Shown piece by piece: positions 27,974 to 37,740 of a stretch of 64,000 nt of DNA. Position 1 is the first letter of the stretch, and every line of letters starts with the position of its first letter. The notes beneath the pieces are model-generated. The model was not told where the DNA came from and did not search any database. It saw only the letters and a program-made list of their open reading frames with translations. This DNA comes from Alphaproteobacteria bacterium (GTDB taxonomy: Bacteria; Pseudomonadota; Alphaproteobacteria; UBA828), in contig CBDEUP010000007.1 in NCBI GenBank assembly GCA_965243315.1, positions 1,833,668 through 1,897,667 on the forward strand. Reading direction: 5' to 3'. Both the position numbers and the translations under genes were made by a program.

Positions 27974-28984
27974 TCACCAAGGCGGGGCCGTGTACGAACT
28001 CATCGGCGAGGCGTCGCACAGCACCTCGACCTCGTGGCGCGCGAGCTTCTCGAAGGCGAGGCAGAGCGCCACGTCGGCCTCGCTGTCATAGGGACCGTGC
28101 TCGCGGCCGGAGGCGATCTCGATCACCGTCCAGCTCGGGTCCCAGACCGGGATGCCGCGAAACGCCCCCGAGCCCTCGCGGTGCCTGCGCGAACAGGGCT
28201 CGCAGCGGGCGACCCCCGGCGACGGCGCCTCGCACTCGACGCAGCGGCCCCTGGCCTTCCGGTCGGCATAGCGGGCGCGGCGGGCGGCATATTCCGCCTC
28301 GCGGTTGCGCCGCCTTCGATTGGCGACGGCGCAGGGCGCGCAACAGGTAGCGCCGCCGAAAGTGGGCGTCTTGCACTTGACGCAGACCCCGGCGGCTTTC
28401 CGGGCACGGTAGCGGGCGCGGGCGGCGTCGCAGCAGGCCCGGCACTCGGCCGCCCCGTTGGCCGGCTTGCCGCAGGTCGTGCAATCGCCCCTGGCGCGCC
28501 TTTCGGAATATCGGCGGCGGTCGGCTTCCCGTGTCGCCTCGTGGTTCCGGCGCCCGGAGCGGGCCTTGGCGCAGGGGTCGCAATACGCCTTGCCGTCCGG
28601 CGCGGGCGTCGCGCATTTGACGCATAACCCGGCGGCGCGGCGCTCGTGATGGAGCGTGCGTTTCGCCTGCCGCCGGTCCTCGCGGCACGGCTCGCACATC
28701 GACCGGCCCTCCTCGGGCGGGGCGTTGCCGCAGCGGATACAGACGCCGGCGGCCTTGCGGGCTTCGCTGCGCCGGCGGCTGCGCTTCCGGCCGGCCCGGC
28801 GGCGGGCCTCGGGATTGCGGCCGCCGTAAGGTATCCCCTGGGCCTTCGCACGCTCATAGCGGTCGCGGTCCCTTGCACGATGCTTGACCGCGCAGGGCTC
28901 ACAGGTGGTGCGATCCGGGACCGTCTCGGCGCGGCCGCATTTGGTGCAGACGCCGGCGGCCACGCGTTGAGCTTTCAACTGCAC
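27974..28984 (-). CDS. protein of six tandem zinc-ribbon-like repeats (AAGxCxxCxxPxxxGxxxCxxC + Arg-rich linker) with a ~70 aa non-repeat C-terminal domain
   Basis: 336 aa; repeats AAGVCTKCG...CEPCAVKHRARDR, AAGVCIRCG...CEPCREDRRQAKR, AAGLCVKCA...CDPCAKARSGRRN, RGDCTTCG...CRACCDAARARYR, AAGVCVKCK...CCAPCAVANRRRRN, RGRCVECE...CEPCSRRHRE; C-terminus ...IPVWDPSWTVIEIASGREHGPYDSEADVALCLAFEKLARHEVEVLCD. Confidence 0.55.
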   Translation of the reverse strand: MQLKAQRVAAGVCTKCGRAETVPDRTTCEPCAVKHRARDRDRYERAKAQGIPYGGRNPEARRRAGRKRSRRRSEARKAAGVCIRCGNAPPEEGRSMCEPCREDRRQAKRTLHHERRAAGLCVKCATPAPDGKAYCDPCAKARSGRRNHEATREADRRRYSERRARGDCTTCGKPANGAAECRACCDAARARYRARKAAGVCVKCKTPTFGGATCCAPCAVANRRRRNREAEYAARRARYADRKARGRCVECEAPSPGVARCEPCSRRHREGSGAFRGIPVWDPSWTVIEIASGREHGPYDSEADVALCLAFEKLARHEVEVLCDASPMSSYTAPPW

Positions 28985-29016
28985 CTCCTCTGTGCATTGA
29001 GAATCACCGGTTTCGG

Positions 29017-29322
29017 GTGACGCATCCGTTTCATCCTCTTCATGGACGTGAGTTCGAGCTGGTCGAGATCGCGTCGGTGATGGGGGTGGGGCTGGTTCAC
29101 TACACGGCTGACGACGGGACGCTGCGCACGGTTCGTCAGGCTTTTACGAGCGTCGCGGCGGTGGACCCGTTTACGAGGGTAGCGGCGGGCCGGTCGGCGT
29201 TCCGCGTCTCCGATCTGCTTGCGCTGGCGGCATTGCTGGACAGCCTGGACGGGGACGGCCGCGCCGGGAGGGAGACCGGCGGCGGGGCGGAGACTGTCAA
29301 GGAGATTTTGCCGCATGTGTAA
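29017..29322 (+). CDS. small hypothetical protein upstream of the recombinase cassette
   Basis: 101 aa MTHPFHPLHGREFELVEIASVMGVGLVHYTADDGTLRTVRQAFTSV...; small proteins of this look recur next to serine-recombinase units in rhizobial mobile elements (family assignment from memory, unverified). Confidence 0.35.
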   Translation: MTHPFHPLHGREFELVEIASVMGVGLVHYTADDGTLRTVRQAFTSVAAVDPFTRVAAGRSAFRVSDLLALAALLDSLDGDGRAGRETGGGAETVKEILPHV

Positions 29323-29504
29323 GGACGTTTTTGCGCATGAATGGGGAGCGCAGAACATCGTAGTGGCTGGAAGGATGGCACATATTGGGCGTAATGCTTG
29401 GATTTTCTGCCTGTTTTTCCTGGTACAAGGGAAGGTGAGGCTTGATGCGGTAGCGGGATTGTGCATAAATATATTTACATTCCTTTCCTCATGGAGCCCG
29501 CGCG

Positions 29505-29963
29505 ATGGCCAGACGCCCCGCCGACGCAAAGACCCGTTCGCTCAAGGAGCACGGGTGTCTCAACCCGCATGCCGAGGCGGTGCTCGACGAGTTGTTCCTG
29601 TCGAACGCGTTCTTCGATCCGCGCGACCTGCTTCAGGTCCGCTACGAGATGCTGCGCTGCGTGCGCGAGGACGGCGTTCCGGTGAGCCACGCCGCTGCGA
29701 GCTTCGGCGTGTCGCGGCCCACCTGGTATCAGGCGCAGCGCGCCTACGAAGCGGGCGGGCTGCCGGGCCTGCTGCCGGACCGGCCGGGACCGCGCCGGCC
29801 CCACAAGCTCAGCGACGAGGTGGTCGAGGCGCTGCAGGCCGCGAAGAGCGAACGGCCGGAGCTGACCGCGGCCGAGCTGGTCGAGCTCGTGCGCACCCGC
29901 TTCGGCATCTCGGTCCACCGCCGCAGCATCGACCGCGCCCTGGCGCGGGGAAAAAAACGATGA
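29505..29963 (+). CDS. helix-turn-helix domain protein (transposase/recombinase-associated HTH)
   Basis: 152 aa; HTH EDGVPVSHAAASFGVSRPTWYQAQRAYEAGGLPGL and a second one AAELVELVRTRFGISVHRRSIDRALAR; stop overlaps the next start (ATGA). Confidence 0.6.
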   Translation: MARRPADAKTRSLKEHGCLNPHAEAVLDELFLSNAFFDPRDLLQVRYEMLRCVREDGVPVSHAAASFGVSRPTWYQAQRAYEAGGLPGLLPDRPGPRRPHKLSDEVVEALQAAKSERPELTAAELVELVRTRFGISVHRRSIDRALARGKKR

Positions 29964-30265
29964 CGATGCACAGCCCGCCACGCGCCGCGCTCACCGCGGC
30001 GGAGCATTCCGCCTACGGACAGGGTTACGAGCGGATGCGCCGTAATGCCGTCGAGCCCGGCGCCGGCCACGACCGCCATGGGCTTGCCGTGGTGGCGCTT
30101 CGCGGCGTCGCGGCCTGGCTGCACGCATTCGCCGAGCTACCCGCCCCGCCGGCCGCTGAGTACGCGGGGGCCTCGCCCGAGCCGCTGCCCGCCGGCGTTG
30201 AAAGGCCGGTGATCGATGTTCTGCTCGCGATGCTCAAGGGCCATATGGAAGGGGAGCCGGCATGA
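29960..30265 (+). CDS. hypothetical protein, translationally coupled between the HTH protein and the serine recombinase
   Basis: 101 aa MTMHSPPRAALTAAEHSAYGQGYERMRRNAVEPGAGHDRHGLAVVALRGVAAWLHAF...; ATGA overlaps at both ends. Confidence 0.45.
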   Translation: MTMHSPPRAALTAAEHSAYGQGYERMRRNAVEPGAGHDRHGLAVVALRGVAAWLHAFAELPAPPAAEYAGASPEPLPAGVERPVIDVLLAMLKGHMEGEPA

Positions 30266-32340
30266 GCGCCGTCCACCAGAAGGTGACTGCGAGCCACCTG
30301 AGCCGCGACGCCTACCTCTATGTGCGTCAGTCCACCGTGCGCCAGGTGTTCGAGCACGGCGAGAGCACGAGACGCCAGTATGCGCTGCGGGAGCGGGCCG
30401 TGGCGCTGGGCTGGCCGACCGAGGGCGTCGTCGTGATCGACAGCGATCTCGGCCTCTCCGGCGCCGACGGCGACCGCGAGGGCTTTCAGCGGCTGGTCGC
30501 GGACGTCGGCATGGGACGGGCGGGGATCGTGCTCGGACTCGAGGTCAGTCGTCTCGCACGCAACTCCACCGACTGGCATCGGCTGCTCGAGATCTGCGCG
30601 CTGAGCGAGACGCTGATCCTCGACGAGGACGGCCTCTACGATCCCGTCGACTTCAACGATAGGCTCCTGCTGGGACTTAAAGGCACGATGAGCGAGGCCG
30701 AGCTGCACATGATGCGCGCCCGGATGCGCGGTGGGACGCTGAACGCGGCAAGACGCGGGGAGTTGAAGATTCCTCTGCCGGTGGGGCTGGTCTACGACCC
30801 GCTCGGCGATGTCGTTCTCGACCCCGACGTCCAGGTGCAGCACAGCCTGCGGCTGCTGTTCGACACCTTCACCCGGACCGGCTCGGCCGCCGCCACGGTG
30901 AAGCACTTCAACCGGGAGAAGCTGCTGTTCCCGCACCGTCCTCAAGGCGGGCCGCACAAGGGCGAGCTGCACTGGAAGCCGCTGAGGTTCGCACGGGCAC
31001 TCCGAACACTGCACAACCCGCGATACGCGGGCGCGTTCGCGTACGGGCGCAGCCGCAGCCGGCGGCGTCCCGGCGGCGGTGTCGAGACCAGAAGCGTGCC
31101 GCGCGAGGAGTGGACGGTGCTGCTGCGCGATGCCCATCCGGGCTACATCACCTGGGAGCGGTTCGAACAGAATGAGCGCCAGCTTCGCGACAACGATAAT
31201 GCCCATGCGGCCGCCGCCGCGCGCCGCCCTCCCCCGCGCGAGGGGCCGGCGCTGCTCCAGGGCCTGGCTATCTGCGGCGTGTGCGGCCGGAGCATGGCGG
31301 TGCGCTACTACAAGCAAAAGGGGGGTCTGCATCCCTACTACCTGTGCAGCCATGAAGGGAACAAGACGGCGAGCCCCTGGTGTCAGAGCATCCCCGGCGC
31401 CGCCATCGACCGGAGGGTCGGCGAGCTGCTGGTGGGGCTGATGACACCGCTCACGCTGGACGTGGCGTTGCAGGTGCAGGACGAACTCGCCGCGCGCGCC
31501 GAAGAGGCCGATCTGTGGCGCGCCCAGCGGGTGCAGCGCGCCCGCGAGGAAGCCGACCTGGCGCGCCAGCGGTTCATGCAGACCCATCCCGACAACCGCA
31601 TGGTGGCCGACGTGCTGGAGGCGGAGTGGAACGCGAAGCTCCGGGCGCTCGACGAGGCGCAGCACGAGCTTGAGCGCAGCCGGGCCGAACCGGGCCAGGG
31701 ATTGGACGACGGGCAACGCGAGCGGATCCTCGCGCTGGCCAGCGACTTCCCCCGCCTGTGGAACGATCCGGCGACGCCGCACCGCGAGCGCAAGCGGATG
31801 GCGCGGCTGCTCATCGAGGACGTGACGCTGACCAAGGCAACACGGAGCCTGGGGGTGCGGCTGCGCGGCGGCGCGACCCGGCAGATCACCTGGACGCCGG
31901 ATCCACTCGGGCGCGAGATGCACAAGACCAGCGAAGAAGTCGTCGCCGAGGTCGACAGGCTGTTGAACGACCACACCGATGGCGAGGTCGCCAAAATCCT
32001 CAACGAGCGCGGATACCGAAGCGGTTACGGCCTCGCCTTCACCCCGAAGCTGGTCAGCGTGGTGAGAGAGCGTTACGCCCTGAAGTCCCGCTATCAGCGG
32101 CTGCGCGATCGCGGACTGTTGCGCAGCGACGAGATCGCCAGGCAACTCGGGGTGGCCGGAAGCACCGTCCACAAATGGCGCAAGGCCGGGCTCTTGCGCG
32201 GTCACGTCTATTGCGACGCCGGCTACTGCCTGTTCGAAATCCCCGATCCTCCGCCGACGAAACAACCGGGGCAACGGCTCTCGCGGCGACAGCCGACAGA
32301 ACAACCTCGCCATGATTGGAACAGCGGAGGTGTAGTATGA
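30262..32340 (+). CDS. large serine recombinase (resolvase/invertase catalytic domain + recombinase domain + zinc-ribbon/coiled-coil)
   Basis: 692 aa; catalytic N-terminus AYLYVRQSTVRQ...STRRQ (Ser nucleophile region), GIVLGLEVSRLARNSTDWHRLLEICALSETLILDEDGLYD; downstream CGVCGRSMAVRYY...YYLCSHEGNKTASPWC zinc ribbon. Confidence 0.9.
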   Translation: MSAVHQKVTASHLSRDAYLYVRQSTVRQVFEHGESTRRQYALRERAVALGWPTEGVVVIDSDLGLSGADGDREGFQRLVADVGMGRAGIVLGLEVSRLARNSTDWHRLLEICALSETLILDEDGLYDPVDFNDRLLLGLKGTMSEAELHMMRARMRGGTLNAARRGELKIPLPVGLVYDPLGDVVLDPDVQVQHSLRLLFDTFTRTGSAAATVKHFNREKLLFPHRPQGGPHKGELHWKPLRFARALRTLHNPRYAGAFAYGRSRSRRRPGGGVETRSVPREEWTVLLRDAHPGYITWERFEQNERQLRDNDNAHAAAAARRPPPREGPALLQGLAICGVCGRSMAVRYYKQKGGLHPYYLCSHEGNKTASPWCQSIPGAAIDRRVGELLVGLMTPLTLDVALQVQDELAARAEEADLWRAQRVQRAREEADLARQRFMQTHPDNRMVADVLEAEWNAKLRALDEAQHELERSRAEPGQGLDDGQRERILALASDFPRLWNDPATPHRERKRMARLLIEDVTLTKATRSLGVRLRGGATRQITWTPDPLGREMHKTSEEVVAEVDRLLNDHTDGEVAKILNERGYRSGYGLAFTPKLVSVVRERYALKSRYQRLRDRGLLRSDEIARQLGVAGSTVHKWRKAGLLRGHVYCDAGYCLFEIPDPPPTKQPGQRLSRRQPTEQPRHDWNSGGVV

Positions 32341-32625
32341 AGCGTAGTCTACGCGCTCGGCGTACAAAGCGCGGCTGCGCTCGCGCTCGTACAGCTTTGC
32401 CTTGGCCGGATCCCGCCTGGGTCGGCCCTCGGCGCGGAGCCTGGCGTCCCTCGCCCGGCCCGCACGGTTCTGCTTCTCGTTGCAGGACGCGCAGAGCGTG
32501 CGCTCGGGCACGGGCTCGCTTTTGCCGCACCGCAAACAAAGCCCGGCCTCGCGACGAGCCCGGGTCCGCCGGTGGTAGCGCGCAAGGTCATTCCTGCGGC
32601 GCGCGTGGATGTCACGATATGCCAC
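32337..32625 (-). CDS. possible small zinc-ribbon protein (single copy of the repeat seen in 27974..28984); C-terminal end undefined
   Basis: Minus frame opens MAYRDIHARRRNDLARYHRRTRARREAGLCLRCGKSEPVPERTLCASCNEKQNRAGRARDAR. The frame then stays open antisense through the recombinase gene (GC-rich artefact), so the true stop cannot be set. Confidence 0.3.
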
Positions 32626-32731
32626 GATGGCCTCCTTCCTGCCGATCCGGAAATGAACGGAAGGACGCCCCGCCGCCTGCCTTGCCTCGAACAGAGGGCG
32701 GCAGGCCGGCAGGACGTCGCGGAAGGGGCCG

Positions 32732-33058
32732 TCAGCCCTTCTGCTTGCGGTCGCAGAGAATTCCGGCCGCGAGCGACCCCCACAATTGCAAGCCGCCGCG
32801 GGTCTTGAGGCCGGTGCAGATGATGATCTCGGTGGTGGCGGGCCGCAGCTCCTTCACCGCCTTCAGCGTGACCGTGGTGCGCTTGACCTTGCGTCGGCCC
32901 TTCGCCGCGAGAGCTTCGGCCGGGGCGGGAACGATGTCGCCGTCGGAACGGGCCTTGAACCGCTCGACCACATAGCGGTCGTCGGCCAGGCCGGTGCCGA
33001 AGAAATGAACCAGAAACGTCGCCGCCGTGTTGCCGGGCATCGCCATGGCTGCCGTCAT
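32732..33058 (-). CDS. small hypothetical protein
   Basis: 108 aa MTAAMAMPGNTAATFLVHFFGTGLADDRYVVERFKARSDGDIVPAPAEALAAKGRRKVKRTTVTLKAVKELRPATTEIIICTGLK...; SD GGAGA upstream. Confidence 0.35.
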   Translation of the reverse strand: MTAAMAMPGNTAATFLVHFFGTGLADDRYVVERFKARSDGDIVPAPAEALAAKGRRKVKRTTVTLKAVKELRPATTEIIICTGLKTRGGLQLWGSLAAGILCDRKQKG

Positions 33059-33625
33059 GATGCCGTCTCCTTCGTGCCGATGAGGGAAAACGGCGGCCGG
33101 ACATCCTCCCCCGGACATCCCGACCGCCGCCCCGATAACGGCCAACACTCCCCTCCTGCCGAAGAGAAGCGCGGGGTTGGAGACGGCGGCGGGACGGCGG
33201 CGCGGCAGCCGGGGGCCGTCAGCGCCGGCGGATGGCAACGCGATGTTATGCGCTGGCGGCTATATCAGCACGTCGCGGATGCAGCGGGTCATGGCGGCAT
33301 GATCGCCCGTATTGGACCGGCGCGAGGCGTCGAGCCAGGCGGCGCGCAAGTTCGGCGCGGAGACGGCGGAGCGGCTCGCCGCACTGCTCGGCGGCGGGGG
33401 CGTCGCGAGGACCGCCGGAGGGCCATACGCATACCGGCTGGCCCGAGCGGCGGACACGGACGCGTGCGTCGCGAAAAAAGCGTGCGCGAAAAAAGCGTCG
33501 CCATTGCCGCGCGAATGTGGTAGATGTATTGGAAAGTCCATGTGCGAAGGTAGCGGCGCTGCGCGCGCCTTGGGTTCGTCGGCGCTTTTGCCTTGCCCGT
33601 GTCGGGAGGTGCGGCGATGGACGGC

Positions 33626-33651
33626 GCTGAGCGTGCGCACGCTATTTGAGG
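33626..33651. repeat. transposon left terminal inverted repeat
   Basis: GCTGAGCGTGCGCACGCTATTTGAGG; 25/26 complementary to 38032-38056. Confidence 0.65.
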
Positions 33652-33774
33652 GGAATCCGCCGGATTCCGCTCAGATTATTTGATGTTTGGGGCTGGGCGC
33701 CCCCCAGCCAACTTGCAAGAAGCGGGCCAGGGGGCTTGTCTCGGTGACGGTGAATCAACCTGAGACCGGTCCGA

Positions 33775-34389
33775 ATGTCGCACACGCTCTTCGCCGATTC
33801 CAGCTTTTGCAACGCCCGGGTCTGGGCTTTCCTCGAACGCGTTGACGAGACCGAGGCTGCGGCCTGCCGCGCGGCGGGATGTTCGCTCTGCGGCGGCGGG
33901 CTTCACAGCGCGACCTACCCGCGCAAGCCGCACGGTCTGGCGCCCGAGCTGAGAGAGGACGCGCGGCGTTACAGCTTCTGCTGCGCTGATTGCAGGCGTC
34001 GCAAGACGCCGCCGTCGTGCCGCTTCTTCGGCCGCCGCTTCCGCGTGGCGCCGCTGTTCCTGCTGGTGAGCGTGCTGGTTCTGGCCGGCGGCGTGCGCCT
34101 GGAGACGGTCGGCCGGGAGTGGGGAATCCCGGTGCAGACGCTGCGGCGCTGGCGGCGGTGGTGGCAGGAGACATTCCCGCGAACGCGGCCGTGGCGCTGG
34201 AAGCGGGGCGAGCTGGCGGTGCCGCCCGACGAGGCGCCCCTGGTGGTTCTGCTGGCCTCGGTTCGCGGCCGTAGCGCGCGCTCGCGGCTGCTGCGGGGCC
34301 TGATCTGGCTGATGCCGTGGACGGGCTTTTGCACGCTCGGCGATGGTCCGGCGCCGTCCGCAGAAACTGTTTCTTCTCACGCCATGTGA
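33775..34389 (+). CDS. Cys-rich hypothetical protein (first gene inside the transposon)
   Basis: 204 aa; CNARVWAFLERVDETEAAACRAAGCSLCGGGLHS ... FCCADCRRRKTPPSC cysteine clusters then a hydrophobic segment. Confidence 0.4.
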   Translation: MSHTLFADSSFCNARVWAFLERVDETEAAACRAAGCSLCGGGLHSATYPRKPHGLAPELREDARRYSFCCADCRRRKTPPSCRFFGRRFRVAPLFLLVSVLVLAGGVRLETVGREWGIPVQTLRRWRRWWQETFPRTRPWRWKRGELAVPPDEAPLVVLLASVRGRSARSRLLRGLIWLMPWTGFCTLGDGPAPSAETVSSHAM

Positions 34390-34439
34390 GGCGTTCTACA
34401 TGGCGTCTCCCCGGACACCGGCCAGGGAGAGACGCCGTC

Positions 34440-35921
34440 ATGAGCAGCAGCAACGGCAAGGGCGACCGCGACGGGTGGGCGCGCTTGCGCTTCGCGGTGG
34501 TCGGGCCTCTTCTGGCCTCGCCGCCGCCCAAGGGGCGGCTGCGGGCGGAGTTGCAGCGGCTGGCGGAGCGTAGCTGGGAGCATCCCGCGGGCGGCGGCCA
34601 GGTGCGGTTCTCGGTATCCACGCTGGAACGCTGGTACTACCAGGCCCGGGCGGCGCATCGGGACCCGGTGAAGGCCCTGCGGCCACGGCCGCGCGGCGAC
34701 GTGGGACGCGTGCGGTCGATGTCGCCGGTGCTGATCGAGGCGCTGCTCGATCAGTACAAGGCCCATCCCTCGTGGTCGGGCCAGCTCCACTACGACAATC
34801 TGCAGGCCCGCGTCGAGGCCGAGCCCGCGCTCGGGCCGATGCCCTCCTACGCCACCCTGACCCGGGTGATGCGCGCCCGCGGGCTGGTGCGCCGGCGCCG
34901 GCGCAAGTGGTTCGAGAGAGAGGACAAGGCGCCGGCCGAGGCGCGCGAGGTGCTGAGCTACGAGGTCGAGCGCAGCCACGCTCTCTGGCACGCCGACATG
35001 CATCACGGCAAGCGCCGGGTGCTCACGGCCACCGGCGAATGGAAGACGCCGATCCTGCTCGGCTTCCTCGACGACCACTCGCGTCTGGGCTGCCACCTCC
35101 AGTGGTATCTTGCCGAGACCGCCGAGGTCTTCGTCCACGGAATCTGCCAGGCCTTCATGAAGCGGGGCCTGCCGAGGTCCCTGCTCACCGACAACGGTGC
35201 GCCGATGACGGCGGGCGAGGTCGAGGAGGGGCTGCACCGGCTCGGCATCCTTCATTCCAGGACCATGGCCGGGGCTCCCCACATGAACGGCAAGTGCGAG
35301 GTCTGGTGGGCCGCCGTCGAGGGCCGCCTGATGGCCATGCTCGACGGCGTCGAGGCGCTCACCCTTGAGAAGCTCAACGACGCCACCCTCGCCTGGCTCG
35401 AGCGCGACTACCACCGCCGGGTGCATCGCGAGCTCGGCACGACGCCGCTGAAGCGCTTCCTCGACAGCGACGACGCCTCCAGGCCCTGCCCGGAAACGGA
35501 CGTCCTCAGGGCGGCCTTCCGCATCACCGTGAAGCGCACGCTCAGGCGCTCGGACGGAACCGTCTCGGTCGAGGGCGTGCGCTACCAGGTGCCGGCGCCG
35601 TGGCGGCACCTGGCAACGCTGTTCATCCGCGTCGCGCGCTGGGACCTCTCCAGCGTCGACCTGGTCGACGGCCGCACCGGCGAGCGCCTGTGCACGCTCT
35701 ACCCGCTCGACAAGCGCGGCAATGCCGGCGGGGTGCGCCTTCCCAGCGGACCCGCCGACGGCGATCGCGGCGGGGGCGCCGCCGCCACGGAACTGGGACC
35801 GGCGCCGCTGCTCAACCGGATCCTCGACGACCAGGCCGCCTCCGGACTGCCGCCGCTCTGGCTGCCCCATGCCGAACCGCGCGACCGCGACAAGGACGAC
35901 GAACAGGGAGACCCGTCATGA
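34440..35921 (+). CDS. DDE transposase of the TniA/TnsB (retroviral-integrase rve) family
   Basis: ~493 aa from ATG 34440 (SD GGGAGAG); catalytic LWHADMHHG (D), LLTDNGAPM (D), HMNGKCEVWW (E) with integrase-like spacing; N-terminal HTH region. Confidence 0.8.
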   Translation: MSSSNGKGDRDGWARLRFAVVGPLLASPPPKGRLRAELQRLAERSWEHPAGGGQVRFSVSTLERWYYQARAAHRDPVKALRPRPRGDVGRVRSMSPVLIEALLDQYKAHPSWSGQLHYDNLQARVEAEPALGPMPSYATLTRVMRARGLVRRRRRKWFEREDKAPAEAREVLSYEVERSHALWHADMHHGKRRVLTATGEWKTPILLGFLDDHSRLGCHLQWYLAETAEVFVHGICQAFMKRGLPRSLLTDNGAPMTAGEVEEGLHRLGILHSRTMAGAPHMNGKCEVWWAAVEGRLMAMLDGVEALTLEKLNDATLAWLERDYHRRVHRELGTTPLKRFLDSDDASRPCPETDVLRAAFRITVKRTLRRSDGTVSVEGVRYQVPAPWRHLATLFIRVARWDLSSVDLVDGRTGERLCTLYPLDKRGNAGGVRLPSGPADGDRGGGAAATELGPAPLLNRILDDQAASGLPPLWLPHAEPRDRDKDDEQGDPS

Positions 35922-36754
35922 ACCGCCAGCACCTCACCCTCTACGGCCTCAAGTGGAATCCCTTCGCGACCGACCTGCCGGTCGAGGGTCTCATGACCAC
36001 TCCGGCCGTCGACAGCTTCTGCCTCAGGGTCGAACGCCACCTCGTGCGCGAGGGCGGCTTCGCCATGATCTCCGGCGATCCCGGCACCGGAAAGAGCGTC
36101 GCCCTGCGCCTGCTCGCCAAGCGCCTCGAACGCAACGACGCCGTGCACATCGCGGTCCTCACCCATCCGTCGTCCACCATCGGCGACTTCTACCGCGAGA
36201 TGGGCGACCTCTTCGGCATCGAGCTGATCCACAACAACCGCTGGATCGGCTTCAAGGGCCTGCGCGAGCGCTGGCGCGCCCACGTCGAGGACACCCGGCT
36301 GCGCCCGGTCCTGCTGATCGACGAGGCGCAGGAGGTGCTGCACGCCGTCCTGACCGAGCTGCGCCTGCTCGCCTCCACCGAGTTCGACTCCCGCGCCATC
36401 CTCTCGATCGTCCTGGCCGGCGACAACCGGCTCCTCGCCAAGCTGCGCAGCGAGGAGCTGCAGCCGATCGCCTCGCGCATCCGCCAGCGCCTCGTCATGT
36501 CGGCCGCCGAGCCCCGCGAGCTCGAGACGCTGCTCGACCATCTGCTCGAACAGGCCGGCAATCCGGCGCTGATGACGGCGGGCCTCAAGGACGCGCTCTG
36601 CGCCCACGCCGCGGGCAACCCCAGGTCGCTCTGCATCATGGCCGACAGCCTGCTCGTCGCCGCCGCCGAGCAGGACCGCGAGATCCTCGACGAAAAGCTC
36701 TTCATGGAGATCTGGGGCGAGCCCGTGCCGCGCGCCCAGGGGGCGCGGCGGTGA
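35918..36754 (+). CDS. TniB/TnsC-like AAA+ ATPase (ExeA-type)
   Basis: 278 aa; ATGA overlap with the transposase; Walker A ISGDPGTGKSVAL, Walker B VLLIDEAQEV, SIVLAGDNRLL. Confidence 0.75.
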   Translation: MNRQHLTLYGLKWNPFATDLPVEGLMTTPAVDSFCLRVERHLVREGGFAMISGDPGTGKSVALRLLAKRLERNDAVHIAVLTHPSSTIGDFYREMGDLFGIELIHNNRWIGFKGLRERWRAHVEDTRLRPVLLIDEAQEVLHAVLTELRLLASTEFDSRAILSIVLAGDNRLLAKLRSEELQPIASRIRQRLVMSAAEPRELETLLDHLLEQAGNPALMTAGLKDALCAHAAGNPRSLCIMADSLLVAAAEQDREILDEKLFMEIWGEPVPRAQGARR

Positions 36755-37740
36755 GCGGCTTCCCCACCCGCCACCCGGCGGCCCTGGAGGACCGGCCGCG
36801 GCAGCAGCACTGGCTGGTCGACGAGCTCTGGGCCAAGCAGGCGGTCGGCATCATCGGCGGCGAGCCCAAATGCGGCAAATCCTTCCTCGCTCTCGATGTG
36901 GCCGTCGCGGTCGCCGCCGGCGTCCCCTGCCTGCGCCACTTCGCGGCCGCCCAGACCGGCCGGGTCCTGATGTACGCCGCCGAGGACGCCGGCCACATCG
37001 TGCGCAGCCGTCTGGAGGGCATCGCCGGGGCCGCCGACACGCCCTTCGACAAGCTCGACATCGCCGTGATCGACGTCCCCACGCTGCGCCTCGACCATCG
37101 TGCCGACCGCCAGCGTCTCCAGGAGACCGTGCAACAGCTCAAGCCGCGCCTGGTGGTCCTCGACCCCCTGGTCCGCCTCCACGGCGTCGACGAGAACACC
37201 GTCGCCGAGATCGCTCCCATCCTCGGCTTCCTGCGCGACCTCCAGCGCCGGTTCGAGACCGCCGTGCTGCTCGTCCACCACGCTCGCAAGAGCGGCGCTA
37301 CGCGGCCGGGCCAGGCCCTGCGCGGGAGCAGTGAGCTGCACGCCTGGGGAGACTCCAACCTCTACCTGCGCCGCCGCGACAAGCAGATCGTCATGACCGT
37401 CGAGCACCGCGCCGCTCCCGGCCTCAACGACATCGAGATCGAGCTCGCCGATGACGGTCCGGGACCCGCCCTGCGCCTCCGGCGGGCGGTGCCGAACCAG
37501 GCCCCGCCAAAGCCGGAAACCCCCGAACAGCGCATCGTGCAGGCCCTCGCGGACGCCGATGAGCCGCTCTCCCAGTCCCAGATCCGGGAACGGGCCGCAG
37601 CCCGCAACTCAACCGTCACCGCGGCGCTGCACGAGCTCGTGCGCGAAGGACGTATCGAGCGCGGTCCGGGAGGTCGCTACCGCTACCTTGGCGGCGTGTC
37701 GAATGACGCCGCCATGCAGACCGCCAGCGCCAACGGCTAG
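36753..37740 (+). CDS. AAA_25/RepA-like (DnaB-fold) ATPase with C-terminal winged helix
   Basis: ~329 aa (GTG start overlapping tniB stop); WLVDELWAKQAVGIIGGEPKCGKSFLALDVAVAVAAG (Walker A), LVVLDPLVRLHG, LLVHHARKSG; C-terminal IVQALADADEPLSQSQIRERAAARNSTVTAALHELVREGRI wHTH. Confidence 0.6.

Noticed and set aside
30025-32625. 866-aa minus-strand ORF antisense to the serine recombinase
   Set aside because: Only the first ~95 codons (zinc-ribbon motif) look protein-like; the rest is antisense to a strongly supported gene. Reported only as a short low-confidence feature.
34772-37334. Alternative-frame ORFs inside the transposon (34772..35368 +, 35600..36754 +, 35722..37740 +, 36190..37407 -)
   Set aside because: Off-frame Arg/Pro-rich readings; the tniA, tniB and AAA_25 frames carry the catalytic motifs and ATGA/GTGA coupling.
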